The notes under the pieces: generated by a model
Database searches by the model: none
What the model saw: the letters and a program-made list of their open reading frames with translations, nothing else
What the model was told of the DNA's origin: nothing
Part shown: one piece after another, positions 1 through 9,951 of the stretch
How positions within the stretch are numbered: the stretch's first letter is position 1
Layout: every line of letters begins with the position of its first letter
DNA from: a virus
Strand: one strand, 5' to 3'
DNA: 64,000 bases
IMG/VR virus record: IMGVR_UViG_3300047462_000185
Span: 32,001 to 96,000 of that record
Program-made: the position numbers and the translations under genes

Positions 1-2
1 CC

Positions 3-3000
3 GGCACCACACTGGCCCTGACGGCGTCGGTCTCGGCCTCCTATGTCCATGTCGGTCCGACCGGCTCGGCCGGCGCGCCGACCTGGCGCATGCTCACCAC
101 GGCCGACGTGACGGGTGCCGAGAACACGGCCAACAAGGGCGCTCCCAGCGGCTATGCGCCGCTCGACAGCACCGGCAAGGTGCCGCTGGCCAATATCCCG
201 TCCTCCGTGATTGGATCGAGCTACTACCTGGGCGTCTGGAACGCTTCGACCAACACGCCGACCATCACCAGCAGCGCGGCGCCGACCGGCTACGGTGTCG
301 GCGCCTACTACGTCTGCGACGTGGCAGGAACGACCAGCATCAACGGCATCTCCACCTGGGGCATCGGCGACTGGATCATCTGGTCGGGCACGGTCTGGAA
401 CAAGATCGATGGCTCGGCCAACCCGGTGACCAGCGTGGCAGGCCGTCAGGGCGCCGTGACGCTGACCTATGCCGATATCTCGGGCCTGGGCGCTGCGGCC
501 CAGCTCAGCGTTGGCACCGGGCTCCAGAGCGTCAGCGGCTCGCTGGCGATCAACTTCGGCACGACCAGCGGCACCGCGGCGCAAGGCAATGACAGCCGCA
601 TCACGGGCGCGCTCCAGGCCGCCAATGCGTTGTCCGAGCTGACCGGCGCGGCTTCGATCGCGCGTGGCAACCTGGGCCTTGGCACCATCTCGACCCAGTC
701 GGCCGGCGCTGTGGCGCTGACCGGGGGCACCGCGGCGGCCCTGGCGATCAGCAGCGGCACGATCAATGGCACGCCGATCGGCGGCGTTACGCCAGCGGCG
801 GTGAGCGCGACCACCTTGACCGTTACGGGCTCGCTTGCCGCGTCCTACGCGCATATCGCGCCCACCGGATCCTCGGGTGCGCCGACCTGGCGCGCCATCA
901 CCACGGCTGACATCGCCAACGCCGAGAACACGACGAACAAGGGTGCGGCGGGCGGCTACGCGCCGCTGGACGGCAGCTCGCATGTCCCATTGACCAACCT
1001 GCCCGCCACCGTTTCGGGTGCGCTCCACTACCTCGGCACCTGGAACGCCTCGACCAACTCGCCGACGCTCGCCAGCAACACCGCGCCTGCGGGCGATAAC
1101 GCATCGGCGGGTGGCTTCTACATCGTCAGCACGGCGGGCACGACGCTGATCAACGGCGTGTCGGCATGGGGTGTGGGCGACTGGATCGTCTGGACCGGAT
1201 CGGCCTGGGCCAAGCAGGTCGGCGAAGCCAACCCGGTCGGCAGCGTTGCGGGCCGCACCGGCGCCGTCACGTTGAGCAACACGGACATTACGGGCCTGGG
1301 CGCGGCCGCGCTTCTCGGCGTGGGCACCGGTTTGACCAGTTCGGGCGGCTCCCTGGTGGTCAGCTATGGCACGACGAGTGGCACCGCGGCGCAGGGCAAC
1401 GACAGCCGCATCACGGGCGCGCTCCAGGCCAGCAACGCTCTGTCCGAGTTGAGCGGATCGGTTGCCACGGCGCGCACCAACCTGGGCCTTGGCACCATCT
1501 CGACCCAGTCGGCCGGCGCTGTGGCGCTGACCGGCGGCACGATGAACGGCGTGGTGATTGGCGGCTCGTCGCCCGCCGCGATGACTGGCACCACGCTCGC
1601 CCTGACCGCGTCGCAGACCGCATCCTACGTGCTGGCCGCGCCCACCTCGACCGCTGGCGCACCGACCTGGCGCATGCTCGCCGCGGCCGACATCAGCGGT
1701 CTTGGCGGGGCGGCCACGCTGAACGTGGGCACGGCGAGCGGCACTGTGGCGGCCGGCAATGACAGCCGCATCACGGGCGCGCTCCAGACCAGCGCCATTC
1801 CGACCGCATCCCTGCTTGGGGGTGCGAGCAACGCGCTGACCAGCATCAGCATCAACGGCACGCTGAGGTTGAGCAGCGGCGTGCTGTCGTTCCTGGCCGC
1901 GCCGACCGAAACCAGCGCGACGCGCTACGAGACGGCTGGCGGCGCGATCATCTACGAGTCGGACACCACCAAATTCGCCTTCTTCGACGGCACGGCATGG
2001 CACTACATGGTTCGCGCCGACGGTGACACGATGACGGGCGCACTTACTGTGACTGGCACCACCTCGCTTGCCACGTTGAGCGCTGCCAGCGGCACGATCA
2101 CCGGAGCTTTCGTGATCGAGGGCGCCGCCACGCTTGCAGCGCTGAGTGCGACGACAGGCTCGTTCAGCAGCACGTTGCACGTAACGGGGGTCGCAACACT
2201 CGCCACAGCGGCTAACATCAACGGTGTTGCATCGGGCTATGCCACGGCCGGCCTTACGGTGGGAACCGACTACGGTGGCACCAACGAAACCGACCTAATG
2301 GTGGGTGCGGCCGGCCTGAACGTTTATTCGATCAGCAGCGGCGGCATTCCTTCTTCGGTGCCACTACTGTCGATGAACAACAAGGGCCAGCTTGTCAGCA
2401 TTGCCGGCGGCCAATCCGGAGTTGCGGGCGAAAACATCGCGACGCTCGATCTGACCGCCGGTCGGGTCAACATGCTGAAGCAAATCAGCACAACACAGAC
2501 CAACTCGCCAACCGTCAACGTGCAACTTAGCAATAGTTGCGCGCTGACATTGAGTGCAGATGGTCTGTATCCCCAAATCGGCGCACTAGACGTCACCGCC
2601 TATGGACTGACAGGCGGTTCCGCTTGTCTCGATGCGCTGATCGCGACGATCAACGTCTATGGCAACAACGCGATTAGCGCCCAGGACGTGGCTGTGCAGG
2701 CCACGGTGAACCAATACGGTCACGACAGCACATGGGGTCTGGACGTATTCACGACGGACTGGTCCGGCGAGCCGCCCCAAGGCTTCGCGCAGGTCGGCGT
2801 CGAGATCGACATGGCGGGCAACGGTGCCGATGCGGCCACGTCGCAGTATGACAGTCTCCACAACTACCGCGCCGCCATAGTCATCTCGCCTGGCACCCAG
2901 GGATGGTCGGCCTGGACCCCCTCCACGGCCTATCATGCGAACGGCACGAATTCGGTTGGTTCCATCATTCAGATGACCAATTCGGCCGGCGTGCTGAGCA

Positions 3001-6000
3001 TCTACAAATGCACGACGGGGGGCACCAGTGGCGCCTCAGCGCCCGCTTCTTGGCCCACCTCAGGAACGGTTACGGATAACACAGTCGTCTGGACTTATCA
3101 GCAGGCCGCTGCCTACCAGGTCGGACGTGGCATCTTCCTGAATGGTTATGGCTCGGCCGGTGCGTATTTTGGAACGGGCTTCAGTTCGGATGCGGCCTAT
3201 TCCAATGCCGTCATAGATATCAGCGAAGCGACGCTCAGCACATCGATCAATGCGAATGCGGCTGCAATCAGAATCGCGGCAAACCAAGCTATAGACTTTT
3301 CGGGAAACGGCACATTGGCCGGTCAGAATCTGCATACCCTAAGTTATAGCAGCGTCTATTCTTCGCTTTACTACAACGTCAGTGGTCAGAACCGTTTCCA
3401 GATCAAGGATACGGGTGCGTTGCTTGCGTTCGGAACGTTCAACTGCGCATCGAACTCAACCATTTCATCGTTGCACAGCGTGACCAGCGGTTACCTAGGA
3501 GGTCTGACTGTTGGTGTGAACTACGCCGGAACCGGCGAGACCGACTTCATGGTCGACACGGCTGGCCTTCAGATATACGCGGTGCAGTCGGGTGGCACGC
3601 TCTCTTCGGTGCTGTTCAGCATGGACGGCAGCGGCGACACGGCGATTGCGGGCAGCTTGAGCAGCGGCGGGATCGCCCATCTGGCGACGCTGGCGGGCGG
3701 TATTGGTAGTCTGCATGGCGCAACCACGTTCAGCGCATCTGGCGGTCTCATCGTCGGCTCGGATTATAATGGCAGCGGCGAGCTCGATTTTCTGATCAAC
3801 ACCGGGGGCCTCGGCATCTACGCGGTGCAGTCGGGTGGCACGCTGTCGTCCGTGTTGTTCAACCTCGATGGCAGCGGCAACGCCACGATTGCGGGGAATC
3901 TGACTTGCGGCGGCGAGGCTCACTTCGGAACGTTGTCCGGGGGTTCTGGCAGTCTGCATGGCATGACGACGTTCAGCACCTCGGGTGGTCTGATCGTCGG
4001 TTCGGGCTATAGCGGAGTTGATGGTGAGACTGACTTTCTCGTCAACACGACGGGCCTTTCGATCTATGCGGTGCAGTCGAGTGGCACGCTGTCGTCAGCG
4101 CTTTTTACGATAGATGGAAGCGGCGATGTCGGAATCGCAGGAACTCTGAATGTCACCGGAGCAGCAAGCCTCGCGGCTCTGAGCGCGACGAATGCCACCT
4201 TTACCGGCACGATGTCGGTCTCGGGCAACGTCACGCTGGGGGGCGCCATCCTCGCCCAGGTCTCCGGCTCGACAACGGCGCAGAGCAGCGGCCTGCCGAG
4301 CCTGGACTTCCTCGGCTCGACCATAAATTTCCAGAGGAAGGTCTCGAGCGGCAATCCGACCTACGCCGGGACGCGCGTGTTCCTGGACAACTACAGCTCG
4401 GCCTACACGGTGCAGAGCTGGGGCGGCTACTCCAGCGTCCCCGCCTTCTCGGTCACCGCGACATCCCACCCGGGAGCCAACGGCTCGACGGTCGGCGTCG
4501 CCGCCATCCTCAACAGCAACGGCAGCGCCGGCTACGCCGCGCAGGAGTGCGCGATCACGGCCAACGTCACCAAGACGGGCACGAACGGGACCTGGGCCCT
4601 GGCGACGCAGAGCGTCGACAACACGGGGCTTACTCCGACCGCCTTCTCGCTGTGGGGCGTCGAGATCGACCTTCTCTCTAACGGTCCCGATAGCGCAGCG
4701 TCGGCCTATACCTACAGTGCGGCCGCTCGTCAGGGCATCCTGATCGCGGCCAAGCCCAACCCGGTCAACACCTACGCCGCCAACACGCCCTTCTCGGTCG
4801 GCCAGCTCATCGCCGAAACTCCGAGCGCCGGCGTCTCGACTGTCTTCATCTGCACGACGGCGGGCACAACGGGATCCACCGCGCCGACCTGGAACGGGAC
4901 CTACGGTGCGACGGTTACGGATGGCACCGTGGTGTGGACCACGGGTGTCGCCTATGCCACGACGATCGGCACCGGCATACAGATCGGGTCGGCCAGCGGG
5001 GCCACGATCAATACCGGCATGTGGTTCAACGGCCAGTTCAACAACGCCTTCCTGGACTTCTCGGGAGCGACGCTGGGTGGTTCGAATAGCGCCGCGATCC
5101 GGCTCGCGTCCGGCATGGTGATCGACTTCACCGGCAACGCGACCTCGGCCGGCCAAAACATCCGGACGCTTGGCTACTCGAATTACGCCTCGGCGCTCCA
5201 ATACGTCATCAGCGGAACGGTTTCCTGGGCAGCGAACAACGCCGGGAATTTCTTTGCGAATGGCCAGACAATCCTGGGTGGCGGCGCGGCCGCCAATCTC
5301 AGCGGTGTCACCACCGGCTTCTCAAATACAGCCCTCACAATTGGCCGCAACTCCTCGACCTATGGCGAGATCGATCTGATCACCGGGTCCGGTGGGATCG
5401 ACTTCATCGCGACGAATGGTTCTGGTGTGATCTCGTCGCCGTATCTGACGGCGTCTCCGACCGGCCTGACCGCCTACGGCAAGCTCTCAGTCAGTGGTAT
5501 CACCAACCTGGGCAACGGCTCTGGTGCCAACATCTACGGCGTGACGACCGGGTTCGGCTACACCGGCATTTCGTTCGGCTACAACGCCGCGGATCTCGGT
5601 GATACGGACATCCTGTTCAACAACGCGGGTCTCTACTTCTACCCGGTGTCGAGCAGCGGGACGATCTCGTCCCCTGCCGCGATCCTGACGGGCGCTGGTG
5701 CCCTGAGGACCTACGGCATCACCAACTTGGGCAACGGCTCGGGTGCCAACATTGGCAGCGTGACGACCGGCTTCTCCAATACCGGCATCACCTTCGCCTA
5801 CAACGCAGGACTGACCGGCGACACGGACGTCCTGTTCAACAACGCGGGTCTCTACTTCTACCCGGTGTCGAGCAGCGGGACGATCTCGAACGCGGCGGCG
5901 ACTCTGACGTCTTCGCTCCTGTCGATCGAGGGCCACCTGAACGCGCCCCTCGCCACCCCGGCCTCGTCCTCGGCCGCCGGCACGGCTGGCACGGTCCAGT

Positions 6001-6071
6001 GGGACGCCAACTATGTCTACGTCTGCACCGCGACTAACACCTGGAAACGGGCCGCGCTCAGCACATTCTGA
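3..6071 (+). CDS. Giant tail fibre / receptor-binding protein (5'-truncated by window edge)
   Basis: Frame is open from base 3; Gly/Ser/Thr/Ala-rich internal repeats (SVAGRxGAVTL, GNDSRITGALQ, CTTxGTxG..WP..GTVTDxTVVWT); typical fibre C-terminus WDANYVYVCTATNTWKRAALSTF. Confidence 0.85.
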   Translation, partial: GTTLALTASVSASYVHVGPTGSAGAPTWRMLTTADVTGAENTANKGAPSGYAPLDSTGKVPLANIPSSVIGSSYYLGVWNASTNTPTITSSAAPTGYGVGAYYVCDVAGTTSINGISTWGIGDWIIWSGTVWNKIDGSANPVTSVAGRQGAVTLTYADISGLGAAAQLSVGTGLQSVSGSLAINFGTTSGTAAQGNDSRITGALQAANALSELTGAASIARGNLGLGTISTQSAGAVALTGGTAAALAISSGTINGTPIGGVTPAAVSATTLTVTGSLAASYAHIAPTGSSGAPTWRAITTADIANAENTTNKGAAGGYAPLDGSSHVPLTNLPATVSGALHYLGTWNASTNSPTLASNTAPAGDNASAGGFYIVSTAGTTLINGVSAWGVGDWIVWTGSAWAKQVGEANPVGSVAGRTGAVTLSNTDITGLGAAALLGVGTGLTSSGGSLVVSYGTTSGTAAQGNDSRITGALQASNALSELSGSVATARTNLGLGTISTQSAGAVALTGGTMNGVVIGGSSPAAMTGTTLALTASQTASYVLAAPTSTAGAPTWRMLAAADISGLGGAATLNVGTASGTVAAGNDSRITGALQTSAIPTASLLGGASNALTSISINGTLRLSSGVLSFLAAPTETSATRYETAGGAIIYESDTTKFAFFDGTAWHYMVRADGDTMTGALTVTGTTSLATLSAASGTITGAFVIEGAATLAALSATTGSFSSTLHVTGVATLATAANINGVASGYATAGLTVGTDYGGTNETDLMVGAAGLNVYSISSGGIPSSVPLLSMNNKGQLVSIAGGQSGVAGENIATLDLTAGRVNMLKQISTTQTNSPTVNVQLSNSCALTLSADGLYPQIGALDVTAYGLTGGSACLDALIATINVYGNNAISAQDVAVQATVNQYGHDSTWGLDVFTTDWSGEPPQGFAQVGVEIDMAGNGADAATSQYDSLHNYRAAIVISPGTQGWSAWTPSTAYHANGTNSVGSIIQMTNSAGVLSIYKCTTGGTSGASAPASWPTSGTVTDNTVVWTYQQAAAYQVGRGIFLNGYGSAGAYFGTGFSSDAAYSNAVIDISEATLSTSINANAAAIRIAANQAIDFSGNGTLAGQNLHTLSYSSVYSSLYYNVSGQNRFQIKDTGALLAFGTFNCASNSTISSLHSVTSGYLGGLTVGVNYAGTGETDFMVDTAGLQIYAVQSGGTLSSVLFSMDGSGDTAIAGSLSSGGIAHLATLAGGIGSLHGATTFSASGGLIVGSDYNGSGELDFLINTGGLGIYAVQSGGTLSSVLFNLDGSGNATIAGNLTCGGEAHFGTLSGGSGSLHGMTTFSTSGGLIVGSGYSGVDGETDFLVNTTGLSIYAVQSSGTLSSALFTIDGSGDVGIAGTLNVTGAASLAALSATNATFTGTMSVSGNVTLGGAILAQVSGSTTAQSSGLPSLDFLGSTINFQRKVSSGNPTYAGTRVFLDNYSSAYTVQSWGGYSSVPAFSVTATSHPGANGSTVGVAAILNSNGSAGYAAQECAITANVTKTGTNGTWALATQSVDNTGLTPTAFSLWGVEIDLLSNGPDSAASAYTYSAAARQGILIAAKPNPVNTYAANTPFSVGQLIAETPSAGVSTVFICTTAGTTGSTAPTWNGTYGATVTDGTVVWTTGVAYATTIGTGIQIGSASGATINTGMWFNGQFNNAFLDFSGATLGGSNSAAIRLASGMVIDFTGNATSAGQNIRTLGYSNYASALQYVISGTVSWAANNAGNFFANGQTILGGGAAANLSGVTTGFSNTALTIGRNSSTYGEIDLITGSGGIDFIATNGSGVISSPYLTASPTGLTAYGKLSVSGITNLGNGSGANIYGVTTGFGYTGISFGYNAADLGDTDILFNNAGLYFYPVSSSGTISSPAAILTGAGALRTYGITNLGNGSGANIGSVTTGFSNTGITFAYNAGLTGDTDVLFNNAGLYFYPVSSSGTISNAAATLTSSLLSIEGHLNAPLATPASSSAAGTAGTVQWDANYVYVCTATNTWKRAALSTF

Positions 6072-6137
6072 TCTTGTCGGTCCTGGATCACCCTGCTAAG
6101 GAAACACATAGTTGTGTGTTTTAAGGCAGGGTGACAA

Positions 6138-6644
6138 ATGAAAATCGCCGAGATCGATCGTATCCTGAGCGGAATCGCGGCCATCCAGGGCGGCGGTGAG
6201 TCGGTCAACGTCAAGCTGGCCTATGCGCTGGCCAAGAACCGGCGCGCCCTCGCCCAGGCACGCGAGGAGTATGTCGAGACGGTGAAGGGGCCGTTCGATG
6301 AGGTGCTCCAGGCGTTCGACAAGGACAAGTTCGACCTGGTCCGCCAGCATGCGGTCAAGGACCAGTTCGGCAATCCGGTCAGCGAAGCCGGGCTGTTCAA
6401 GTTTCAGCCCGGGTTCGACATCGAGGCGGCGCTGACCCAGATCAAGGCAAAGCACCCCGCGTTCGACGATGCCATCGCCGAGCGTGACGCGCGCCTGAAG
6501 GATGCGGCGCAGATCGAGTTCGACGTCGCGCTCCACAAGATCGGGTGGGACGATCTGCCGACCCAGATCAATCCGGCCATTCTCGACGCGATCGTGCCGC
6601 TGATCTCGGATGACGGGGCGCCGGCGTCCGCTGCTGCGGCCTGA
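6138..6644 (+). CDS. Hypothetical protein (possible tail fibre-associated chaperone)
   Basis: Clean 168 aa helical ORF directly after the fibre; function inferred from position only. Confidence 0.6.
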   Translation: MKIAEIDRILSGIAAIQGGGESVNVKLAYALAKNRRALAQAREEYVETVKGPFDEVLQAFDKDKFDLVRQHAVKDQFGNPVSEAGLFKFQPGFDIEAALTQIKAKHPAFDDAIAERDARLKDAAQIEFDVALHKIGWDDLPTQINPAILDAIVPLISDDGAPASAAAA

Positions 6645-7027
6645 TGCCATTCGCTCTCCTTTCGCTGGTCTGGAACCATACCAGCGCGAAGGTAATCGAC
6701 TGCCTATTGGCGATCGCTGGCGTCGCGCTGCTCGGTTGGTATTTCCTCTCGATGCACGACGCGGCGCGCGACGCGGCACGGGAATTGACCGAGCAGAAGG
6801 TCATTGCCGCGGCGGCCGAGGCGCAGCACGCCAAGATTGAAGCAGGTCTGACGCAGCTCAACACAGCGACGCAAGCCGCCCTGGTGCAGGTCGCGAGCAT
6901 AAAGGCAGCGGCCCATGCGCTTCCTCCGACCACTGGCTGTATCACGAGTCCTGCTGTTGGCCTGCTTCGTCAGCGCCTGTCAGGCGCCCCCGGAATCAAT
7001 TCTGGCGCCCCGGCCACCCATCCCTGA
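6644..7027 (+). CDS. Inner-membrane spanin (Rz-like)
   Basis: N-terminal TM helix then Ala-rich coiled coil; overlaps a lipoprotein ORF; next to endolysin. Confidence 0.7.
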   Translation: MPFALLSLVWNHTSAKVIDCLLAIAGVALLGWYFLSMHDAARDAARELTEQKVIAAAAEAQHAKIEAGLTQLNTATQAALVQVASIKAAAHALPPTTGCITSPAVGLLRQRLSGAPGINSGAPATHP

Positions 7028-7187
7028 CACGCTGCTGACCTGCCCGCCGGCCGTCATGATTCCGGAGACGCTGAACAGCGACGCCGATTTCGTGGACTGG
7101 ATCATGGATGACCGCGCCGCCGGCGATGAGTGCCGCACCAAGCTTGGCATCGTGAAGGGCATCGAAGAGGAAGGACCGACACCATGA
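6915..7187 (+). CDS. Outer-membrane spanin lipoprotein (Rz1-like)
   Basis: Signal peptide with lipobox VSAC, Pro-rich, two further Cys, overlaps 3' end of i-spanin. Confidence 0.7.
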   Translation: MRFLRPLAVSRVLLLACFVSACQAPPESILAPRPPIPDTLLTCPPAVMIPETLNSDADFVDWIMDDRAAGDECRTKLGIVKGIEEEGPTP

Positions 7188-7843
7188 GCGATCTGGTAGA
7201 CTGGTTCCAGAAGGAGTTCGCCGCGCTGCCATCCGCGCCCGTGGTGCTTGCACCCCCTGTTCCGGTCACGGCGCCTCCCATCGCTGTCGCGCCCACGGCG
7301 CCCCTCACCACCTTTCCCGACAACTTCCCGGTCTGCGTGGCATGGATCCTGACCCGTGAAGGCGGCTTCGTCGATAATCCCAACGATGCGGGTAAAGCGA
7401 CGAACATGGGGATCACCGCGGCCGTGCTGGCCGCGTGGCGCGGCGCCCCCGTCACGACCGACGATGTGCGCGGCCTGACCGTGGCCGAGGCGACGCAGAT
7501 CTACCGGGCCAATTACTGGAACAAGATGCAGTGCGCCGCGCTGCCGGCCGGGGTGGACCTGTCGATCCTCGATCCGGGCGTGATGTCGGGCCCATCGCGC
7601 GGCATCAAGTTCCTCCAGGGCGCGCTCGGCGTGAAGCAGGACGGCGCGATCGGCAAAGTCACGCTGGGCGCCGTCGCCGCGTTCAGCGACGTGCGCGGCC
7701 TGATCCAGGCCATAGCGAACGAGCGGGACGCGTTCTACGCCGAGCTGGCCGCCACGATCCCGTCCGACGTGGTGTTCCTGACCGGCTGGCGAAACCGGGC
7801 CCAGCTGACCATGCAGCGCGCCCTGGACATGGTTCCGGCCTGA
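7184..7843 (+). CDS. Endolysin, glycoside hydrolase family 108 with C-terminal PG-binding domain
   Basis: EGGFVDNPNDAGKATNMGIT motif, DGAIG and FLTGWRNR; ATGA overlap with o-spanin stop. Confidence 0.9.
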   Translation: MSDLVDWFQKEFAALPSAPVVLAPPVPVTAPPIAVAPTAPLTTFPDNFPVCVAWILTREGGFVDNPNDAGKATNMGITAAVLAAWRGAPVTTDDVRGLTVAEATQIYRANYWNKMQCAALPAGVDLSILDPGVMSGPSRGIKFLQGALGVKQDGAIGKVTLGAVAAFSDVRGLIQAIANERDAFYAELAATIPSDVVFLTGWRNRAQLTMQRALDMVPA

Positions 7844-7871
7844 AAACAGGAGATCGCTACCCCAAAACGTA

Positions 7872-7906
7872 GCAAAGCCCCCAGGACCGTCCTGGGGGCT
7901 TTTTGC
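7872..7906 (+). terminator. Rho-independent terminator
   Basis: AAAGCCCCCAGGA-ccg-TCCTGGGGGCTTTTT. Confidence 0.75.
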
Positions 7907-7929
7907 ATGATCCATAGAAAGGGATCGAC

Positions 7930-8277
7930 ATGCCCCAGGACAACGACTCCAACATGGCGGATATCCGCGAAGAGCTTGGTCGTCTCGGGGCACGGATGGA
8001 TGCCGTGGTCGACGCGGTGAGCCGCCTCACAGCCCGAGACTCCGAGCATGAGCGTGGCCTCCAGATGCTGGGCGAGCGTGTCGCGCAATCTCTCAGTGAA
8101 ATCACGCTGCGCTTCACATCCTCGCTGACCGAGCAGCGCGAGGCGTTCCGGATCCAGATGGAAACTCTGAAGGCCAGCGCGTTGAAGCGGGAGGATTTCG
8201 CCTGGGTCAAGGGGGCGGGAATCGTGATCATCAGCGCGCTGGCGACGGCATTGGCCGAGACCTGGATCCATCACTGA
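7930..8277 (+). CDS. Coiled-coil protein with C-terminal TM helix (holin/antiholin candidate)
   Basis: Single C-terminal hydrophobic segment; next to endolysin. Confidence 0.5.
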   Translation: MPQDNDSNMADIREELGRLGARMDAVVDAVSRLTARDSEHERGLQMLGERVAQSLSEITLRFTSSLTEQREAFRIQMETLKASALKREDFAWVKGAGIVIISALATALAETWIHH

Positions 8278-8447
8278 TGTTTCGCGGTTGGCACGCCCTG
8301 CTATGGCAGGTTGGGGTCGGTATAGCGGTCGGCCTGGCCGTGGCGCTGGCCTACCCTTGGCTGAGCCGTTTCTTCCCGGCTCCAGCGCCGATTGAGCTCC
8401 ACATCCGGATCGAGTTGCCCGCCGCGCCCATGCCTCCGATCGATTGA
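8277..8447 (+). CDS. Small membrane protein, 56 aa (not in ORF track)
   Basis: TGATG coupling; MFRGWHALLWQVGVGIAVGLAVALAYPWLSRFF... Confidence 0.55.
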   Translation: MFRGWHALLWQVGVGIAVGLAVALAYPWLSRFFPAPAPIELHIRIELPAAPMPPID

Positions 8448-8487
8448 AGGTCGATCGTTAGACGCTGCGCATAGAGCCGAAAACGAC

Positions 8488-8520
8488 GAAGCCCCCCAGG
8501 TCAGACCTGGGGGGCTTTTT
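8488..8520. terminator. Terminator between converging late and early blocks
   Basis: AAGCCCCCCAGG-tcaga-CCTGGGGGGCTTTTT, near copy of the 7872 hairpin. Confidence 0.75.
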
Positions 8521-8956
8521 CTGCGTCTGGGGCGGTTCCGAGGCCCTTCTCGATCTCATGGATAATGGAACTGCGGAACGCCCTCATGTCCGCCTCGCCG
8601 GTGGCCGGCACGCTGGACGGCTGCACCATAGAAGCGGTGAATGTGGCGAACCTGATGGCTTGGTCCCAGCCGGCCCGGAAGCTCGCTTCGCAGGCAACCG
8701 GTCCATCGCCGCCGGTCAGGACGACAGGCTTGGGCCGCGCAGGCGGCTGCATGGCAAGGTGCAGCTCAATGGTCTTGAGCGTCTGACGATGCAGCCAGGT
8801 CGGCCCATGCGAGTTGCGCAGCCCTTGCAGAACTGCGTTTGTGCCGCCCCATTCCCATCGGTCGCGGAGTTGGGATTTCCAGGTGCGGCCCCAGTCCTTG
8901 GCGAAGCGCCACAAGGCGAGGGCTTGTTCGTCGGTGAGCGGTGGAAAATCAGCCAT
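8501..8956 (-). CDS. Hypothetical phage protein
   Basis: MADFPPLTDEQALAL..WGRTWKSQL..LRNSHGPTWL; coupled to upstream ORF. Confidence 0.65.
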   Translation of the reverse strand: MADFPPLTDEQALALWRFAKDWGRTWKSQLRDRWEWGGTNAVLQGLRNSHGPTWLHRQTLKTIELHLAMQPPARPKPVVLTGGDGPVACEASFRAGWDQAIRFATFTASMVQPSSVPATGEADMRAFRSSIIHEIEKGLGTAPDAEKAPQV

Positions 8957-9110
8957 CTTCGTCGTCCTCAGTGACGATGACACGGTCACCGGGATGGATG
9001 GCGCCGGTGTCGCGAAGCATCTGGACCATGAGGACGCAGGCTTCGGTCGGATCGCGTGCGACGCGACGATCCAATTCGCCTCCAGAATTCTGGAAGCTGA
9101 TGATGATCAT
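8949..9110 (-). CDS. Hypothetical protein, 53 aa (not in ORF track)
   Basis: AAGGAG RBS; MIIISFQNSGGELDRRVARD... Confidence 0.6.
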   Translation of the reverse strand: MIIISFQNSGGELDRRVARDPTEACVLMVQMLRDTGAIHPGDRVIVTEDDEDG

Positions 9111-9128
9111 ATGGTTCTCCTTTGCTGT

Positions 9129-9189
9129 GAACCGGCACGCCGGCTATGTGCCGACGGCTTCGCCCTCCTTCGGGGGCTCTTCGGGGTTC
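9129..9189 (-). ncRNA. Hammerhead-like element H1 (type I; core CCGAAGA; G15.1-C16.1)
   Basis: GAACC-CCGAAGA-GCCC..GGGC-GAA-GC..GC-C-GGUUC. Confidence 0.7.
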
Positions 9190-9398
9190 GGGCGTGGATC
9201 GTGGCACCAGCGCTGTGTGTAATCACAGAAGTGGCATATCCAGCCGTTGACGGTCGGGGCGAGGTATCCATCACCGCGGGCGTGCTTTCCATCGCCTCGC
9301 CTGGGACAGGTGTAGGGATGGTAGCTCCCGTCGGCCTGGTGATCAGCGAGCAACTGGACGACTTCGGGCGCCCAGGGCGCGTCGAGCCGTGCCATCAC
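9144..9398 (-). CDS. Small Cys/His Zn-finger protein
   Basis: HPYTC...WICHFCDYTQ; stop lies in loop III of H1. Confidence 0.65.
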   Translation of the reverse strand: MMARLDAPWAPEVVQLLADHQADGSYHPYTCPRRGDGKHARGDGYLAPTVNGWICHFCDYTQRWCHDPRPNPEEPPKEGEAVGT

Positions 9399-9886
9399 AT
9401 CCCGTCCGGGATGGGATAGCCGTTCTGGACCAGGAAGGTGCGCCAGGAGGTCTGGGCAATCACGGTGACGCTGCCGTCGCGGCCGATCTCGCTGATCCTG
9501 CTATGCGGACGGTCCATCGCGAGTAACCGCAGCACGGCTTCGTCGAGGGTGAGCCAAGTGATCTTGGCCGTGAGCTGTTCCAGCGTGATCTTCGGATCCA
9601 GCGTGGTGTAGCCGTCCGGGTATTCGTCACCTTCACGCTCCTCGCCGCACACGAAGGCGTTGCCGCCCAGCGGTTGCTTGTCGTGGCGATCTTCGAGCAC
9701 GAACCAATGCTTGTTGAGCGGCGGCAGCAGGCCATCCTCGTCGACCATGAGAGTGTCGCCGTTGGGCCAGCGGAACGCCGCTTCCATTGAGCTGATCCCG
9801 ACCGCGTGTTTGGCGTCGGGATAGATAGATTCGACCTCGACCTCGGTGATGAGCCGAAGCTCTGAGTCGATTTTGAAGATTTTCAC
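9395..9886 (-). CDS. Hypothetical protein (DUF3846-like)
   Basis: LMVDEDGL...PLGGNAFVCG pattern; GTG start after GAAAGG. Confidence 0.6.
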   Translation of the reverse strand: MKIFKIDSELRLITEVEVESIYPDAKHAVGISSMEAAFRWPNGDTLMVDEDGLLPPLNKHWFVLEDRHDKQPLGGNAFVCGEEREGDEYPDGYTTLDPKITLEQLTAKITWLTLDEAVLRLLAMDRPHSRISEIGRDGSVTVIAQTSWRTFLVQNGYPIPDGM

Positions 9887-9891
9887 GGGTT

Positions 9892-9944
9892 GCCTTTCTG
9901 CCGGGATGCGCCGGCTGATCGCGCCACGCTATGCGCGGCAAGGC
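9892..9944 (-). ncRNA. Hammerhead-like element H2 (type III; core GCGAUCA)
   Basis: GCC-UU-GCCGCGC/GCGUGGC-GCGAUCA-GCCGG/CCGGC-A-GAAA-GGC. Confidence 0.7.
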
Positions 9945-9951
9945 GCCTCCG

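Noticed and set aside
5498-5890. DGR template/variable repeat pair in the tail fibre C-terminus
   Set aside because: Both copies are in frame within the gene, differences are not confined to adenines, and no reverse transcriptase is in the window
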